The notes: generated from the letters alone by a model not told the origin. Counted from the stretch's first letter, positions 26,661 through 35,941 are shown. The stretch: 64,000 bases of DNA from an uncultured virus (IMG/VR IMGVR_UViG_3300011754_000016) (IMGVR_UViG_3300011754_000016:1-64000), one strand, 5' to 3'. Translations and numbers: made by a program.

Positions 26661-27448
26661 ACCTCCATGCTGCGAATTTTACCGTAGCCGCTATGGTTTA
26701 ATTGGCCATTTACGATAGTTAATTTTAAAGTAGAATCCCAATCACCTGTTACTGATTTAGCATCTACAATATTCATTAAGGATAGGTAGTCAGCGGGACG
26801 AGTAACTGGAAGATTTATTGTGGGGATAGGTGAAGTTTGGTAACTTCCCTTTTCCAACTGGGGATTTCTTAAAAATAAATTTCCTTTTACTGCTTCAATC
26901 CCAATACCCTTACGCGGAACGTTAGCAGATACAAAATCGTAATTAACTCTAAGAAGCTCTTTTGAAACATTTACCGTTTTACCCTTTCCGTTATGACTCA
27001 AAAATATTGATTCTAAGCTATCGGTTTTAGTATAAACAGAAAAAACATAATCAGAATTGTTTTGATAATCAAAAAAACTAAACATGAGAGAGGCTTGGCT
27101 AAACTTAACGTTCCAATCTTTTTCTAACGGAATTACTTCTATACTACTTGGTATAGTCCAATAATTAATATTTGAAACAATATTTGTGGCTTGTTCTTCA
27201 ATCAATAAACCATTATCAAATCTTGGTGTGTCAACTAAATACTCTTGCAATCCTGTATCTAACACAAGCCAAGCTTTTCCTGCACGGTTAAACGTAAAAA
27301 CTTCCGCAAACGTGCTAGGTTTTCCGTCTTTTATAACATTACCTGTAACGAAGTCAGCGCTGATTCTAGGCATATTTTTAAGTAGTGGTTGACCATTAAG
27401 GTAAGCTTGCTTGATGGCTTGACCTTGGTAATAAACCTGCTTAATCAT
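26654..27448 (-). CDS. Accessory fibre / head-spike-like protein
   Basis: FTFNRAG, PRFDNGLLIEEQATN, QLEKGSYQTSPIPT..VTRPAD; AT-rich. Confidence 0.65.
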   Translation of the reverse strand: MIKQVYYQGQAIKQAYLNGQPLLKNMPRISADFVTGNVIKDGKPSTFAEVFTFNRAGKAWLVLDTGLQEYLVDTPRFDNGLLIEEQATNIVSNINYWTIPSSIEVIPLEKDWNVKFSQASLMFSFFDYQNNSDYVFSVYTKTDSLESIFLSHNGKGKTVNVSKELLRVNYDFVSANVPRKGIGIEAVKGNLFLRNPQLEKGSYQTSPIPTINLPVTRPADYLSLMNIVDAKSVTGDWDSTLKLTIVNGQLNHSGYGKIRSMEVW

Positions 27449-27717
27449 GACTGCACCATGTAAACAACATCAGCAGCTTTTGGTATGATAGCGTCATACT
27501 CTGCCTGTGTTCCCAGCCAAAGCTTTAATGGCATACCGCCTTTTTGGTTTACAACGGCGTTAGGTATGCTGCTTAAATTTGTAAGTTTTGATTTCTCGGC
27601 GTCGGTAAATGCGTTGGTATTGGTGTTTGATTCATACTTCTGCTTGATGCTTGCTGCAGTTTCAACCTCTATTGGCGCAACTGCTTTTGGTTTTGGACTG
27701 CCAAATTGCTGACTCAT
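27445..27717 (-). CDS. Short fibre-related protein
   Basis: IKQKYESN..AFTDAEKSKL and LWLGTQAEYDAI motifs. Confidence 0.55.
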   Translation of the reverse strand: MSQQFGSPKPKAVAPIEVETAASIKQKYESNTNTNAFTDAEKSKLTNLSSIPNAVVNQKGGMPLKLWLGTQAEYDAIIPKAADVVYMVQS

Positions 27718-27995
27718 GCGACCTCCTTCACGACGACCACAGGCTGATCTTTATCCGCGTTTTTGCGGTTAAGCCGCAACCAAACAGTCGCTTCAGGATA
27801 AAAATTAGCGTGCTCAAACAAGGTGATTCGTAAAAACGTAGTGGTGTCGCTGGCGGGTTTTGCGCCACCAATCACCAAATCAAAAAACAATTTATCAAAC
27901 GCTTCTCGATCATTGACTGATTGCACGATACACGCGCCGTCTGCCACTTTGACCCATTCCGGCGTGATGGTTACCTCAACTGTTTGTACTGCCAT
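27714..27995 (-). CDS. Small virion-associated hypothetical protein
   Basis: 93 aa, coupled within the operon. Confidence 0.6.
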   Translation of the reverse strand: MAVQTVEVTITPEWVKVADGACIVQSVNDREAFDKLFFDLVIGGAKPASDTTTFLRITLFEHANFYPEATVWLRLNRKNADKDQPVVVVKEVA

Positions 27996-27997
27996 AA

Positions 27998-28486
27998 CTA
28001 CCTCAACATCCCAAACCGCCCAAAGGGCAGCCGATTATTCTTATCATTGGTTTCAATGCTATATGGCTCACATTGGAACGCCTCTTTTTTCATGCGCTCA
28101 AGCGATTCTTTATAGTCCTGCTCAGCTTCACTTGATGACCTGCCAGCCGGCGCGCCGCCCAAAGCCTGAAAACCCTCCATCCGCCGAGCCTGAACGAGGT
28201 CGCAATGGGCGCGGATAACTGGCTCAAGAATTGCCCAGTCATCAACGCCCAAAACGGTATTGGCGGTTATCACTAAAAGCGGCGATTTGCAGCTTGCATC
28301 AGCCATAGGGCAGTGCTGAAGCTCCCCTGACCACGCGGCATACTTTTTCGTGTTGTCGATAAACACCTTAATCACTTCCTCAAAAGTTACCGAGGAGTTG
28401 GAGGTGACAAGCTCGTCATAAAGCGCTTGGGCGGCGTCATTGATGGTTCCGATAACGTGGTTGGCGTCTGTCGTGCTTGTACTCAT
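27998..28486 (-). CDS. Putative head-tail connector
   Basis: 162 aa helical protein following the tube gene (P1 tub-pmgC-like order). Confidence 0.5.
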   Translation of the reverse strand: MSTSTTDANHVIGTINDAAQALYDELVTSNSSVTFEEVIKVFIDNTKKYAAWSGELQHCPMADASCKSPLLVITANTVLGVDDWAILEPVIRAHCDLVQARRMEGFQALGGAPAGRSSSEAEQDYKESLERMKKEAFQCEPYSIETNDKNNRLPFGRFGMLR

Positions 28487-28491
28487 ATCGA

Positions 28492-29121
28492 TTAACCGTA
28501 AAAAATCACATCATCGGTGCCAAAGGTCGGGGTCATACCGCCTAACTTATTAAATGCGTCGATCAAGGTGTTGGCGAACAAGTCACCAGCACTGTTGCCG
28601 GTTGCCCCAATCTTGCCACTATTACCAAAGTAGTTGTATCGGCATGACGCTTGAACTTGCAGGATTTGGCTTCGGCTTGCAGAATCAATCTCACCGCCAC
28701 CATCGCCAAAGGTGATGGCACAATCAATTAAATCGTACTGGCGCAAACCTTTAATTGAACTGCCATCACCAACAAACCCATCATAAACGCGAGCAAGTGG
28801 CAAGATGCCGCCGTGCTTTACCACGATTTCTTCAGCAAATTTGCTGATCATACCGGATTCAGTTTCAATCAAGGTCCATTGCGATTCAAAGTTGGTTTTA
28901 GGCGTCCCCGCAACGTGGGCTTGCAAGCCGCCAGCATAATCAACGTCAGCGGCGTCATTATTTGATGTGATGGGGCGCTGAAAGTTTTGGATAAGAATAT
29001 GAAGGTCGTTATACCCTTCAGGCACCAGAAGCGCATTACACGCCAGCATTGCTGAGCCAAGCGACTTAGCAGTTTCATATCTTTTTCGGAGCGCTTGCAG
29101 CGTCGGGAGGTTGGTTTTCAT
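28492..29121 (-). CDS. Putative major tail tube protein
   Basis: 209 aa; TLIETESG..RVYDG..EIDSASRSQILQV..YNYFG; own late promoter. Confidence 0.65.
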   Translation of the reverse strand: MKTNLPTLQALRKRYETAKSLGSAMLACNALLVPEGYNDLHILIQNFQRPITSNNDAADVDYAGGLQAHVAGTPKTNFESQWTLIETESGMISKFAEEIVVKHGGILPLARVYDGFVGDGSSIKGLRQYDLIDCAITFGDGGGEIDSASRSQILQVQASCRYNYFGNSGKIGATGNSAGDLFANTLIDAFNKLGGMTPTFGTDDVIFYG

Positions 29122-29152
29122 GGATCAGCCTTATTCGGTAAGTAATAAGGCT

Positions 29153-29194
29153 ATTTTGCCAAAGATTTTTAAAGGGTCTTGAGTGCTGTTCCAA
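29153..29194 (-). promoter_or_regulatory. Late promoter motif (tube)
   Basis: TTGGAACAGC, then CAAAAT 29 nt after GGAAC. Confidence 0.75.
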
Positions 29195-29252
29195 GTGGTA
29201 GGTAAAGAAAAACCCCGCCATTTAATCGGCGGGGTTTTCTTTGTGCTTTATT

Positions 29253-29310
29253 AATGACATGGTAATTATGTCATTGACGCAATTATAAAATGACATTATT
29301 ATAGTGTCAT
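29253..29310 (+). promoter_or_regulatory. Two ATGACA-N9-TGTCAT operators upstream of the Arc-like gene
   Basis: Inverted repeats at 29253-29275 and 29290-29310, flanking TTGACG. Confidence 0.7.
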
Positions 29311-29333
29311 CTATATTTTTTTAAGGATTAGCA

Positions 29334-29819
29334 ATGACTGATAATATTGGACGAATTAGAAATCAAGATGATTGGAAACGCACTCAAGTAAGAATACCTC
29401 AAGAGCAATATGAGGCAATTGCTGAGCACGCCAGTGAGAATGATTTGTCACTAAATTCTGCAATGATTGAACTTATGGATAAGGGTTTAACAGTAGATGG
29501 TAGATACGCAACACCATCTAATATTAGAATCCACCGCTTAAAAAATGGCATCAAGCGCGTTGTTTTTGGCAAATTGGTGAATAGTTTTGATATTGATTAC
29601 ACCAATCCAAACTTAACAGAGCTTAAAGGTGATATAGAGTATTGTCTTGAGATTTTGGCGAATACTGGCTCTTTAAAAGATCGTTTTATGTTTTTTAATA
29701 AAAAAGTCGGTGTATTTCAAGGTGGGAGTCATCTTGATGTTATCGATGAGGGTGTCGGCAGTCTTAATTGGCTAATTGTAGAAGATCACCACACGCAGGA
29801 ATATATTGATCAGTTATAG
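29334..29819 (+). CDS. Arc-family (RHH) DNA-binding protein with an unknown C-terminal domain
   Basis: RTQVRIPQEQYEAIAEHA..SLNSAMIELM. Confidence 0.75.
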   Translation: MTDNIGRIRNQDDWKRTQVRIPQEQYEAIAEHASENDLSLNSAMIELMDKGLTVDGRYATPSNIRIHRLKNGIKRVVFGKLVNSFDIDYTNPNLTELKGDIEYCLEILANTGSLKDRFMFFNKKVGVFQGGSHLDVIDEGVGSLNWLIVEDHHTQEYIDQL

Positions 29820-29908
29820 TTCTAGCAACAAAAACCCCACTTGCTGGCGGGGCTTTGTTTTGATGCAGATGGGTTAAAAAAATAAACTACCGAGGATTGC
29901 TAGGCAGT

Positions 29909-30388
29909 TTAAGCTACTTTTGGGTCACCATTAACCCAAGCTTCCTGAAATTTGCATTCAGCTGGCGGCTTCCTTTCTGCAATAAATGTTCTATCCTTCA
30001 CATCCGCCCAATTCATGTTATTTTGCGCCCAATCAACAATTTCAAAATCGCTATTCAAAAACAGAGGTATGGTGTCATTTGTTAAACTATCGGAAAAACT
30101 ATTGTTAAACTTACTACCTGCATAATGATTTGCTCTATGCCGCGCAATCACCTCAACAGGTAGGACATAAGTACGACCATCAGGCATGTCAAGGTAAAGC
30201 ATTTTTTCAAACAAAGGCGTATCGTAAACTTCTTCGCAATCCCAAATATCAGAAGTATTTACGTAAGGCTTAATATCACGTTCCCAAATATCGCAAGCAG
30301 CATCTTCGCTTTCGGCTTCGACAACCTTTGTTGCAAAAGCATGGTCGCCATCATGATTCTCTAACCATTTAATTCTATATTTCTTCAT
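29909..30388 (-). CDS. Acidic hypothetical protein (moron)
   Basis: 159 aa; own promoter and structured leader. Confidence 0.7.
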   Translation of the reverse strand: MKKYRIKWLENHDGDHAFATKVVEAESEDAACDIWERDIKPYVNTSDIWDCEEVYDTPLFEKMLYLDMPDGRTYVLPVEVIARHRANHYAGSKFNNSFSDSLTNDTIPLFLNSDFEIVDWAQNNMNWADVKDRTFIAERKPPAECKFQEAWVNGDPKVA

Positions 30389-30484
30389 ATCCTCAACACC
30401 TATTCAGATAGACACCCTAAGATGTTGGCAATCGGGGGTGTAATCCGACTTTCGGGAGCGACCCTAGCCAACCCTCAAATTATA
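30386..30484 (-). ncRNA. Structured pseudoknotted 5'-leader RNA, copy 2, with an extended -10 promoter
   Basis: TGCTATAAT; P1 GTTGGC/GCCAAC; GGCTAGGGTCGCTCCCGAAAG; P3 AGTCGG/CCGATT with an ACACCC loop; downstream GGGTGT and GGTGT next to the RBS. Confidence 0.6.
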
Positions 30485-30530
30485 GCACAATCAAGCGGTT
30501 ACAAGGTCGATAAACGTAGTGGTATGGCAA

Positions 30531-31157
30531 TCAATAAGGCGAAAAATCCGCCACCGCAAACAACTGCCCTGCCACGGCAACCGCCACGCCCATATCTTCG
30601 GTTTCAACGCCAACGGCAACTTCAGGAACGATATTCCAAGGCACAAGGCGCGAAAGCGTTGGTGTTAGCTCTGACAATTCCGCAACGTCAATGTCTGAAC
30701 TGAGCTTGATGCGAATGCGGCTGGTCAAAAACCGACTACTGGCTGCGCTTTCGCTAAGATAATTTGGGTAATCCGCTGAGCGCGCTTTTGAGTGCCAAAG
30801 CCTGATAATTTGATTTTGATTGGGGTATAGCATATCAAGCACAAATTGCAAAAACGCCAGTCCGCGAGCGCTTGCCATCGCCTCCCAGTTGGCGTAAATC
30901 ACCGCCATAAGAGTATCGGCTAAACTGTCCTCACGCCGCAATACCGCCAAGCCGTTGAGCTTGGTGAAGCGTTCAACCACCGTTCGGCTGCCCTGCCACG
31001 GCGCACCGTAGTTATAGATGTCGTTTAGCGCATTGATTTGCTGCTCTTGAATGACCTTGATAAACACGCCTGCCATCGCGCGCTCAAGCTCACCCGCTTT
31101 ATGCGTATGAGCGATGGGCGCTAAAAAATCAGCTGCACTTAATACTGGATAATCCAT
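30531..31157 (-). CDS. Baseplate wedge protein (gpI-like)
   Basis: 208 aa; RGLAFLQFVLDMLY, FLTSRIRI; follows the J-like gene. Confidence 0.55.
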   Translation of the reverse strand: MDYPVLSAADFLAPIAHTHKAGELERAMAGVFIKVIQEQQINALNDIYNYGAPWQGSRTVVERFTKLNGLAVLRREDSLADTLMAVIYANWEAMASARGLAFLQFVLDMLYPNQNQIIRLWHSKARSADYPNYLSESAASSRFLTSRIRIKLSSDIDVAELSELTPTLSRLVPWNIVPEVAVGVETEDMGVAVAVAGQLFAVADFSPY

Positions 31158-31180
31158 ACCATCTTTTCCATAATGCTAGC

Positions 31181-32644
31181 CTACATCGTCCAAACTGCAT
31201 TGCCACTGTCAGCGGTTCGCGTGAGATTTACCGTAATACTGGCTTCGTTTAAAAACGCCCATTCATGTGGCTTGACCGGATTGTCTGCCACGTTCTCGCC
31301 ATCTACCGTAAAGTCACTAATGCGGTCTTGAAACGCTGAGATATTGCCGCGAAGCCGTGTGGCAATCTCTTGCAAGTTAAAGCCGTCGGGGTTGTGATGG
31401 TTGGCAGTTAATGAGCCTTTGCCGTAATCCGCAAGTAGCAGCTCTTTGATTTGCAACCGTACCGCGTCCATATCGTGAACGGGCGCTAAACGACCATTGA
31501 TGACAATTTGATAAGGGCGCTCAACCACATTAACCACATGGACGCGACCATCAAGCAAGCTGTCCGCCCTTGCGATAAGCTGCTTAATATCGTTGATTAA
31601 CTGGCTTTGCTCGCCGCCTGTATTGTTTTTGGCGCGAACGGCTAGGTTTAGATGATTGATGTTATCAAGGCTTGCGCCATAGTAGCGATCATGGATTGTT
31701 TCATTCCAAACCGCCATATAGTCTAAGCGGCTCATGAAATGCTGCATCACCAAAAAGGTAAAGTTGCCCATAAATACGGCGCTTTTGTCATACATTGAGG
31801 GAAAGCTTGCCAAAAGCCGCAACTGATTGATGGTCAGTGGATTTGCGCCGGCGCGAACCATGTCACCGGCTTTAAAGTAAATATTCAGCTTGCTTTCATC
31901 AACTGTGAATATTTCACCAAGCGCGGCTGCACCAAGGCTTGAGGGGTCAACCTCGCCGTAGCATTGCGTGATGGCAAACTCATAAACCTCACCGGCTTGA
32001 ACGGTCTTGCCGGCGCGGTCGGTCGCCCCAAATATCACGTTAATATCGGTTAAATTATCACTTTGCAACGTATAAACGGGCGCATTAATGGGCGCGTTCA
32101 TAAACTTTGGCGCATGGGTGAATATCTCGCCACTGGTTTTATTGGTCACGCCAAGCGCTGCAAAATAAGCGTCCTCAGTCGTTGATAGGGTCACCATATA
32201 AAACGGCTCATTTATCGGAATAGTGAGCCTTTCAAGCTGAATGATGCTTTGTTCTGCCAGTACGGTTTTGGTCTCGCCGGCAAGTACCGTGACCGATGAC
32301 AGTAGCCGCCATTGTCTACCCGTGCCATCCTCAACCAACCGACCTTGTGACAGCGTGACCGTGCTTGCGGCATCGTTTTCAATGGTAAGTAAGTGCTGGC
32401 AAGGGGTCGCGCTTGGTAAAATACCTTTATTGATGGCATCGGCAATGATAGTGCGGTTTTTAGACTTGATAAAAGGCTCAACGGCGTTCACGTCATTATC
32501 GCGCTTTAGATAAATCACCGCCTCAACAATTGACGTTAGCATGGCGCGAACGGTTGGGTCACCCACGCGCCAGCGCTCTGCAATCTCCGGATAATCATTA
32601 ATTTGGCTATTGATTGCCGCTAAAATACTATTGCGCTCTGACAT
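31181..32644 (-). CDS. Baseplate wedge protein (gpJ-like)
   Basis: 487 aa; EPFIKSKNRTIIADA; follows the gp25-like gene. Confidence 0.65.
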   Translation of the reverse strand: MSERNSILAAINSQINDYPEIAERWRVGDPTVRAMLTSIVEAVIYLKRDNDVNAVEPFIKSKNRTIIADAINKGILPSATPCQHLLTIENDAASTVTLSQGRLVEDGTGRQWRLLSSVTVLAGETKTVLAEQSIIQLERLTIPINEPFYMVTLSTTEDAYFAALGVTNKTSGEIFTHAPKFMNAPINAPVYTLQSDNLTDINVIFGATDRAGKTVQAGEVYEFAITQCYGEVDPSSLGAAALGEIFTVDESKLNIYFKAGDMVRAGANPLTINQLRLLASFPSMYDKSAVFMGNFTFLVMQHFMSRLDYMAVWNETIHDRYYGASLDNINHLNLAVRAKNNTGGEQSQLINDIKQLIARADSLLDGRVHVVNVVERPYQIVINGRLAPVHDMDAVRLQIKELLLADYGKGSLTANHHNPDGFNLQEIATRLRGNISAFQDRISDFTVDGENVADNPVKPHEWAFLNEASITVNLTRTADSGNAVWTM

Positions 32645-32957
32645 CGTAATAATCCTGATTGGTGGTGTCTGTTTGCGGCTCGCTAAGCATGATTTCGATA
32701 CTGCCGACCCTTAAATAAACCAGTAGCGTATCAAAGCCTTGGGTGGCAGTCTCAATGCGTAATTGGCTGTCATTGAGTCCTGCGAGCAATGGAATGTCTT
32801 GGCGTAATTTTTCAAGCAGCGCGTCGGCATTATCCGCCGACAGCTCACGAAGCAGCATAGCTTTAACGTCCGAGCCGTAGCCTTGGGCGAAATAACCGTT
32901 TGGTGGGGTATTAAGCCAATGCACGATCATGCGCCGAATGTCGTTTGAGTCAATCAT
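32628..32957 (-). CDS. gp25/gpW-like sheath initiator
   Basis: HWLNTPPNGYFAQGYGSD motif. Confidence 0.65.
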   Translation of the reverse strand: MIDSNDIRRMIVHWLNTPPNGYFAQGYGSDVKAMLLRELSADNADALLEKLRQDIPLLAGLNDSQLRIETATQGFDTLLVYLRVGSIEIMLSEPQTDTTNQDYYDVRAQ

Positions 32958-33447
32958 AGCGCCCTCGTCCGCCTAAATCACTGCGGTCTTGGTTTAAGGC
33001 TTTTTGCAGCAAGCTTTGGGCAGGCGTGACTTGGCTTGCACCTTGTCCTATACCTTGCTTTAGCCTTTCTTGGCGCTGATGATCAAGCTCAAACTCGTAT
33101 TGGCATTGGTGCTTAACACCTCTTAGCAACACGTCAAGCCAAATCAATATAACCCCTGCAACTGACAGCATCGCAAGCAGTCCTGCGCCGCCCACGCCCA
33201 TGCTGTCAAAATGCACCATCACCGCCCAAAATCGGTTGAGCAAAAACCCCCAAACCATCATTAACGGAAGGCAAATTATAAAAACTACCTTCATCACGCT
33301 ACCGGTGATGACGCTTAGCTTATCAACATCACCGGCAAACACGCGGTTGGTTTGTCCAAGCCTTGCCCGAACATCAACCACCAAAAACAGCACAAACGAC
33401 CAAAGCGCTGCGGTTAAAAGTATGTCAATGATATAGCTATTTTGCAT
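32950..33447 (-). CDS. Membrane protein
   Basis: Three hydrophobic segments. Confidence 0.65.
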   Translation of the reverse strand: MQNSYIIDILLTAALWSFVLFLVVDVRARLGQTNRVFAGDVDKLSVITGSVMKVVFIICLPLMMVWGFLLNRFWAVMVHFDSMGVGGAGLLAMLSVAGVILIWLDVLLRGVKHQCQYEFELDHQRQERLKQGIGQGASQVTPAQSLLQKALNQDRSDLGGRGRYD

Positions 33448-33496
33448 GGTATCGCCCTATGTATATCGCTTTGCGTAGTGCTACCTTGTGATGTTT

Positions 33497-34054
33497 TTAT
33501 ACTGATGCGCTGGCAAGATCAGCTTGCAGCTCTATTTGCTCAAGTTGCTGCTCAAGCTCGCTGATTTGCGTCTGCTTTTGCTCAATCGTGACATCAAGCT
33601 CTTTTTCTTGAGCCAGTAGCGCATTTCGCTGTTGTGATTTATTTTGTGGGGCGCGACCTGTGGTTTTATTGTTGCTTGGCGGCTTGACGCGCTTCATGGC
33701 TAGCTTTTTGGTAAATGCCGCCTGACCTGTCTTGATGGTATTGGCAACCATATCAACCGAAGCGTTAAACACCGGCTTATAGCTGTTGTCAAAATCGCCT
33801 GATAGCGGTTGTGATTTGCCGTTAATGTCAATGCGAAAAATATCGAAATGGTCATCGGTCACGCGCAAATAGATCATCACGACCTGACCATTTTCAAGCA
33901 TGATTCGCACCGGTCTTGCTGATGCGCCTGATACGCGCTTGATCTTTTCAACCTCGACAATCGGAATGGCTTGTTTGGCAGATCGCTTGAGCCTTGCTAC
34001 AAAATCTTTGACCAGTGGGGTTTTTTCGGTAATGTCGGATAACTTTACGCTCAT
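33497..34054 (-). CDS. Hdf / DarA-N-terminal-like head protein
   Basis: KRVSG..LENGQVVMIYLR..DIFRIDINGK plus a C-terminal coiled coil. Confidence 0.65.
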   Translation of the reverse strand: MSVKLSDITEKTPLVKDFVARLKRSAKQAIPIVEVEKIKRVSGASARPVRIMLENGQVVMIYLRVTDDHFDIFRIDINGKSQPLSGDFDNSYKPVFNASVDMVANTIKTGQAAFTKKLAMKRVKPPSNNKTTGRAPQNKSQQRNALLAQEKELDVTIEQKQTQISELEQQLEQIELQADLASASV

Positions 34055-34083
34055 GGCTTTTCCTAAATTCGTTAATATTTCTT

Positions 34084-34125
34084 ATTGTAAGCCACGATAA
34101 AGCGCTTGCCGGCTTGCTGTTCCAA
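34084..34125 (-). promoter_or_regulatory. Late promoter motif (hdf-like/baseplate operon)
   Basis: TTGGAACAGC, then TACAAT 29 nt after GGAAC. Confidence 0.75.
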
Positions 34126-34182
34126 ACGCTAGATAAAGAAAAACCGCCTAAGATAGACGGTTTTTCAATCCTAACTCAACCT

Positions 34183-34341
34183 TCATTTGAAAACACTTAA
34201 AGCGAAAATAGCGCCAAAGGTAGCAAAAAACCCAAATACCATAGAAACCAAAGCGGTAGTAATTACTAGGTTTGCTACGGTATTAACTGCTTTTGACCAA
34301 CTATCTTTTTCTTTCGGCTTGTCACCGCCTTCATCAACCAT
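34183..34341 (-). CDS. Small membrane protein (52 aa)
   Basis: MVDEGGDKPK... with a hydrophobic C-terminal half; not in the ORF track. Confidence 0.45.
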   Translation of the reverse strand: MVDEGGDKPKEKDSWSKAVNTVANLVITTALVSMVFGFFATFGAIFALSVFK

Positions 34342-34358
34342 AGTTATTTACCCAAATA

Positions 34359-34730
34359 TTAAATTGAATGTTTTTTGATAATATCCACGATAAAAACCTC
34401 GCCTTCAAAAAGCGTTCCTTTTTCAAAAACACCACCATCCGGTTCGCGCTCACACCACGCCAAAAACTCCTCATAGTGCTCGACAGGTATGTAATAGTTA
34501 TTACCTTCGCAATCCGTGGTGATGATCACATTTTTAGCGATGGGCGTCTCTTCAAGCAACGCATTTGCTATTTCTCTATAGCTGTTTCGAGTGTGGATTT
34601 TTTGACGCTTTTCACCCCAAAGCTCGATAATCGCTAGACCATTATCATCTTGAGATACCTTTTTCACTTGGCTTTTATTTAAAATATTGCTAACACCTTC
34701 CCAAGTGCTTATGTTTATAAAATCGCTCAT
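34359..34730 (-). CDS. Hypothetical protein (moron)
   Basis: 123 aa from MSDFINIS; AT-rich. Confidence 0.6.
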   Translation of the reverse strand: MSDFINISTWEGVSNILNKSQVKKVSQDDNGLAIIELWGEKRQKIHTRNSYREIANALLEETPIAKNVIITTDCEGNNYYIPVEHYEEFLAWCEREPDGGVFEKGTLFEGEVFIVDIIKKHSI

Positions 34731-34795
34731 AAACCCATACCTTTTGTTAAAAAAACCGCCCAAACAGACGGTTTTTATATGACAAACTTAATCGC

Positions 34796-34939
34796 TTAAG
34801 TCTTAGTCTTATCGCTTGATACAAAAAGCGACTTAATATCATAACGGCAGATGAAGTATGCTACTGCCGCGCCAATAAGCAGCGCTTCAAGCGGTGGTGT
34901 GCTGGCAAGCTCACTTGCAATCATTGCGCATTGATTCAT
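34796..34939 (-). CDS. Small membrane protein (47 aa)
   Basis: AAGGA RBS; one hydrophobic segment. Confidence 0.45.
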   Translation of the reverse strand: MNQCAMIASELASTPPLEALLIGAAVAYFICRYDIKSLFVSSDKTKT

Positions 34940-34949
34940 GATTTTATCC

Positions 34950-35879
34950 TTAAATTCCCAGTGATTTTGAATGGCGCTTTAAGGAGGCTTGCTGTAAGCC
35001 TTTTAGGTTGCCGCCACGACCTTTATATAGATTCATCTTGATACCACGACCAAGCGACTTCATTTGCTTACGAATAGCTGATGACATACCGGACTTACGT
35101 TGCGCCTTACGAAGCGCCGCTTTTTGCTTGGCGTTAAGTCGGATATTGCCGCTAATGCGCTTATTGATCGTGACCTTTTTGCCATTACGGATTGCTTTAA
35201 CTGCTTTATAGACAAGCGTTTTACCGTTTACTTTCTTAACGGTTTTCTTGCCGGCGCGAAGTTTGGTTTTCTTAGCGGCGTCAAATTGCGGTTCGCCTAG
35301 TTCGTCGTGACCATCTAAGCCATCAAATCCCGATTCATCAAGATCATCTTCATAGTCGCTGTAAACAAAGGTGGCAACAAAGTTTTCAAAGTCCTCGCCA
35401 TCGTCCGGCATACCCTCAAGCACCGATTCAGCAGCGCCAAGGCTTGCCGCGTCCGCAATCTCAACGTCCGTATCGAACATATCTTCGATGACATCATCGC
35501 TCACGCCAAAGGTGGATAAAGCGTCGGCAACGTGGGCGGATAGCGTAGTTTTAACCCCATCGTCAATATCGCTATCGTCTTCATCATCGTCATCATCAAA
35601 CGCCTCAAGCATGAGCGTATCAAGTACTTCAGATGGCAATAAATCTTCATCATCGAAATCATCTTCGGTCAAGATGGCAGCAAAGCTAAACACAATAGAC
35701 AAAGCAGCAAGGCGCATTTGCTCATTGCTTGCCTGCGCCATGCGCTTACTGATCAACTCGGCGCCAATCAATTCAGCGGCTTCTTGTGGTGACATTCCAT
35801 CAAACGCGCTTTCTTGGGCTTGCTGGGTTCGCGCGTAGTTGCGATCAATGCGGCGCTGGGTCATTTGTGAGCTAAACAT
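34950..35879 (-). CDS. Charge-bipartite putative internal head protein
   Basis: 309 aa; very acidic N-terminal two-thirds, very basic C-terminal third after PQFDA. Confidence 0.65.
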   Translation of the reverse strand: MFSSQMTQRRIDRNYARTQQAQESAFDGMSPQEAAELIGAELISKRMAQASNEQMRLAALSIVFSFAAILTEDDFDDEDLLPSEVLDTLMLEAFDDDDDEDDSDIDDGVKTTLSAHVADALSTFGVSDDVIEDMFDTDVEIADAASLGAAESVLEGMPDDGEDFENFVATFVYSDYEDDLDESGFDGLDGHDELGEPQFDAAKKTKLRAGKKTVKKVNGKTLVYKAVKAIRNGKKVTINKRISGNIRLNAKQKAALRKAQRKSGMSSAIRKQMKSLGRGIKMNLYKGRGGNLKGLQQASLKRHSKSLGI

Positions 35880-35941
35880 AATATATCCTTAATTTTAAAA
35901 TGGATGGAATCGCGCCAATTTGAGCGCGACGAGGTTAAAAA

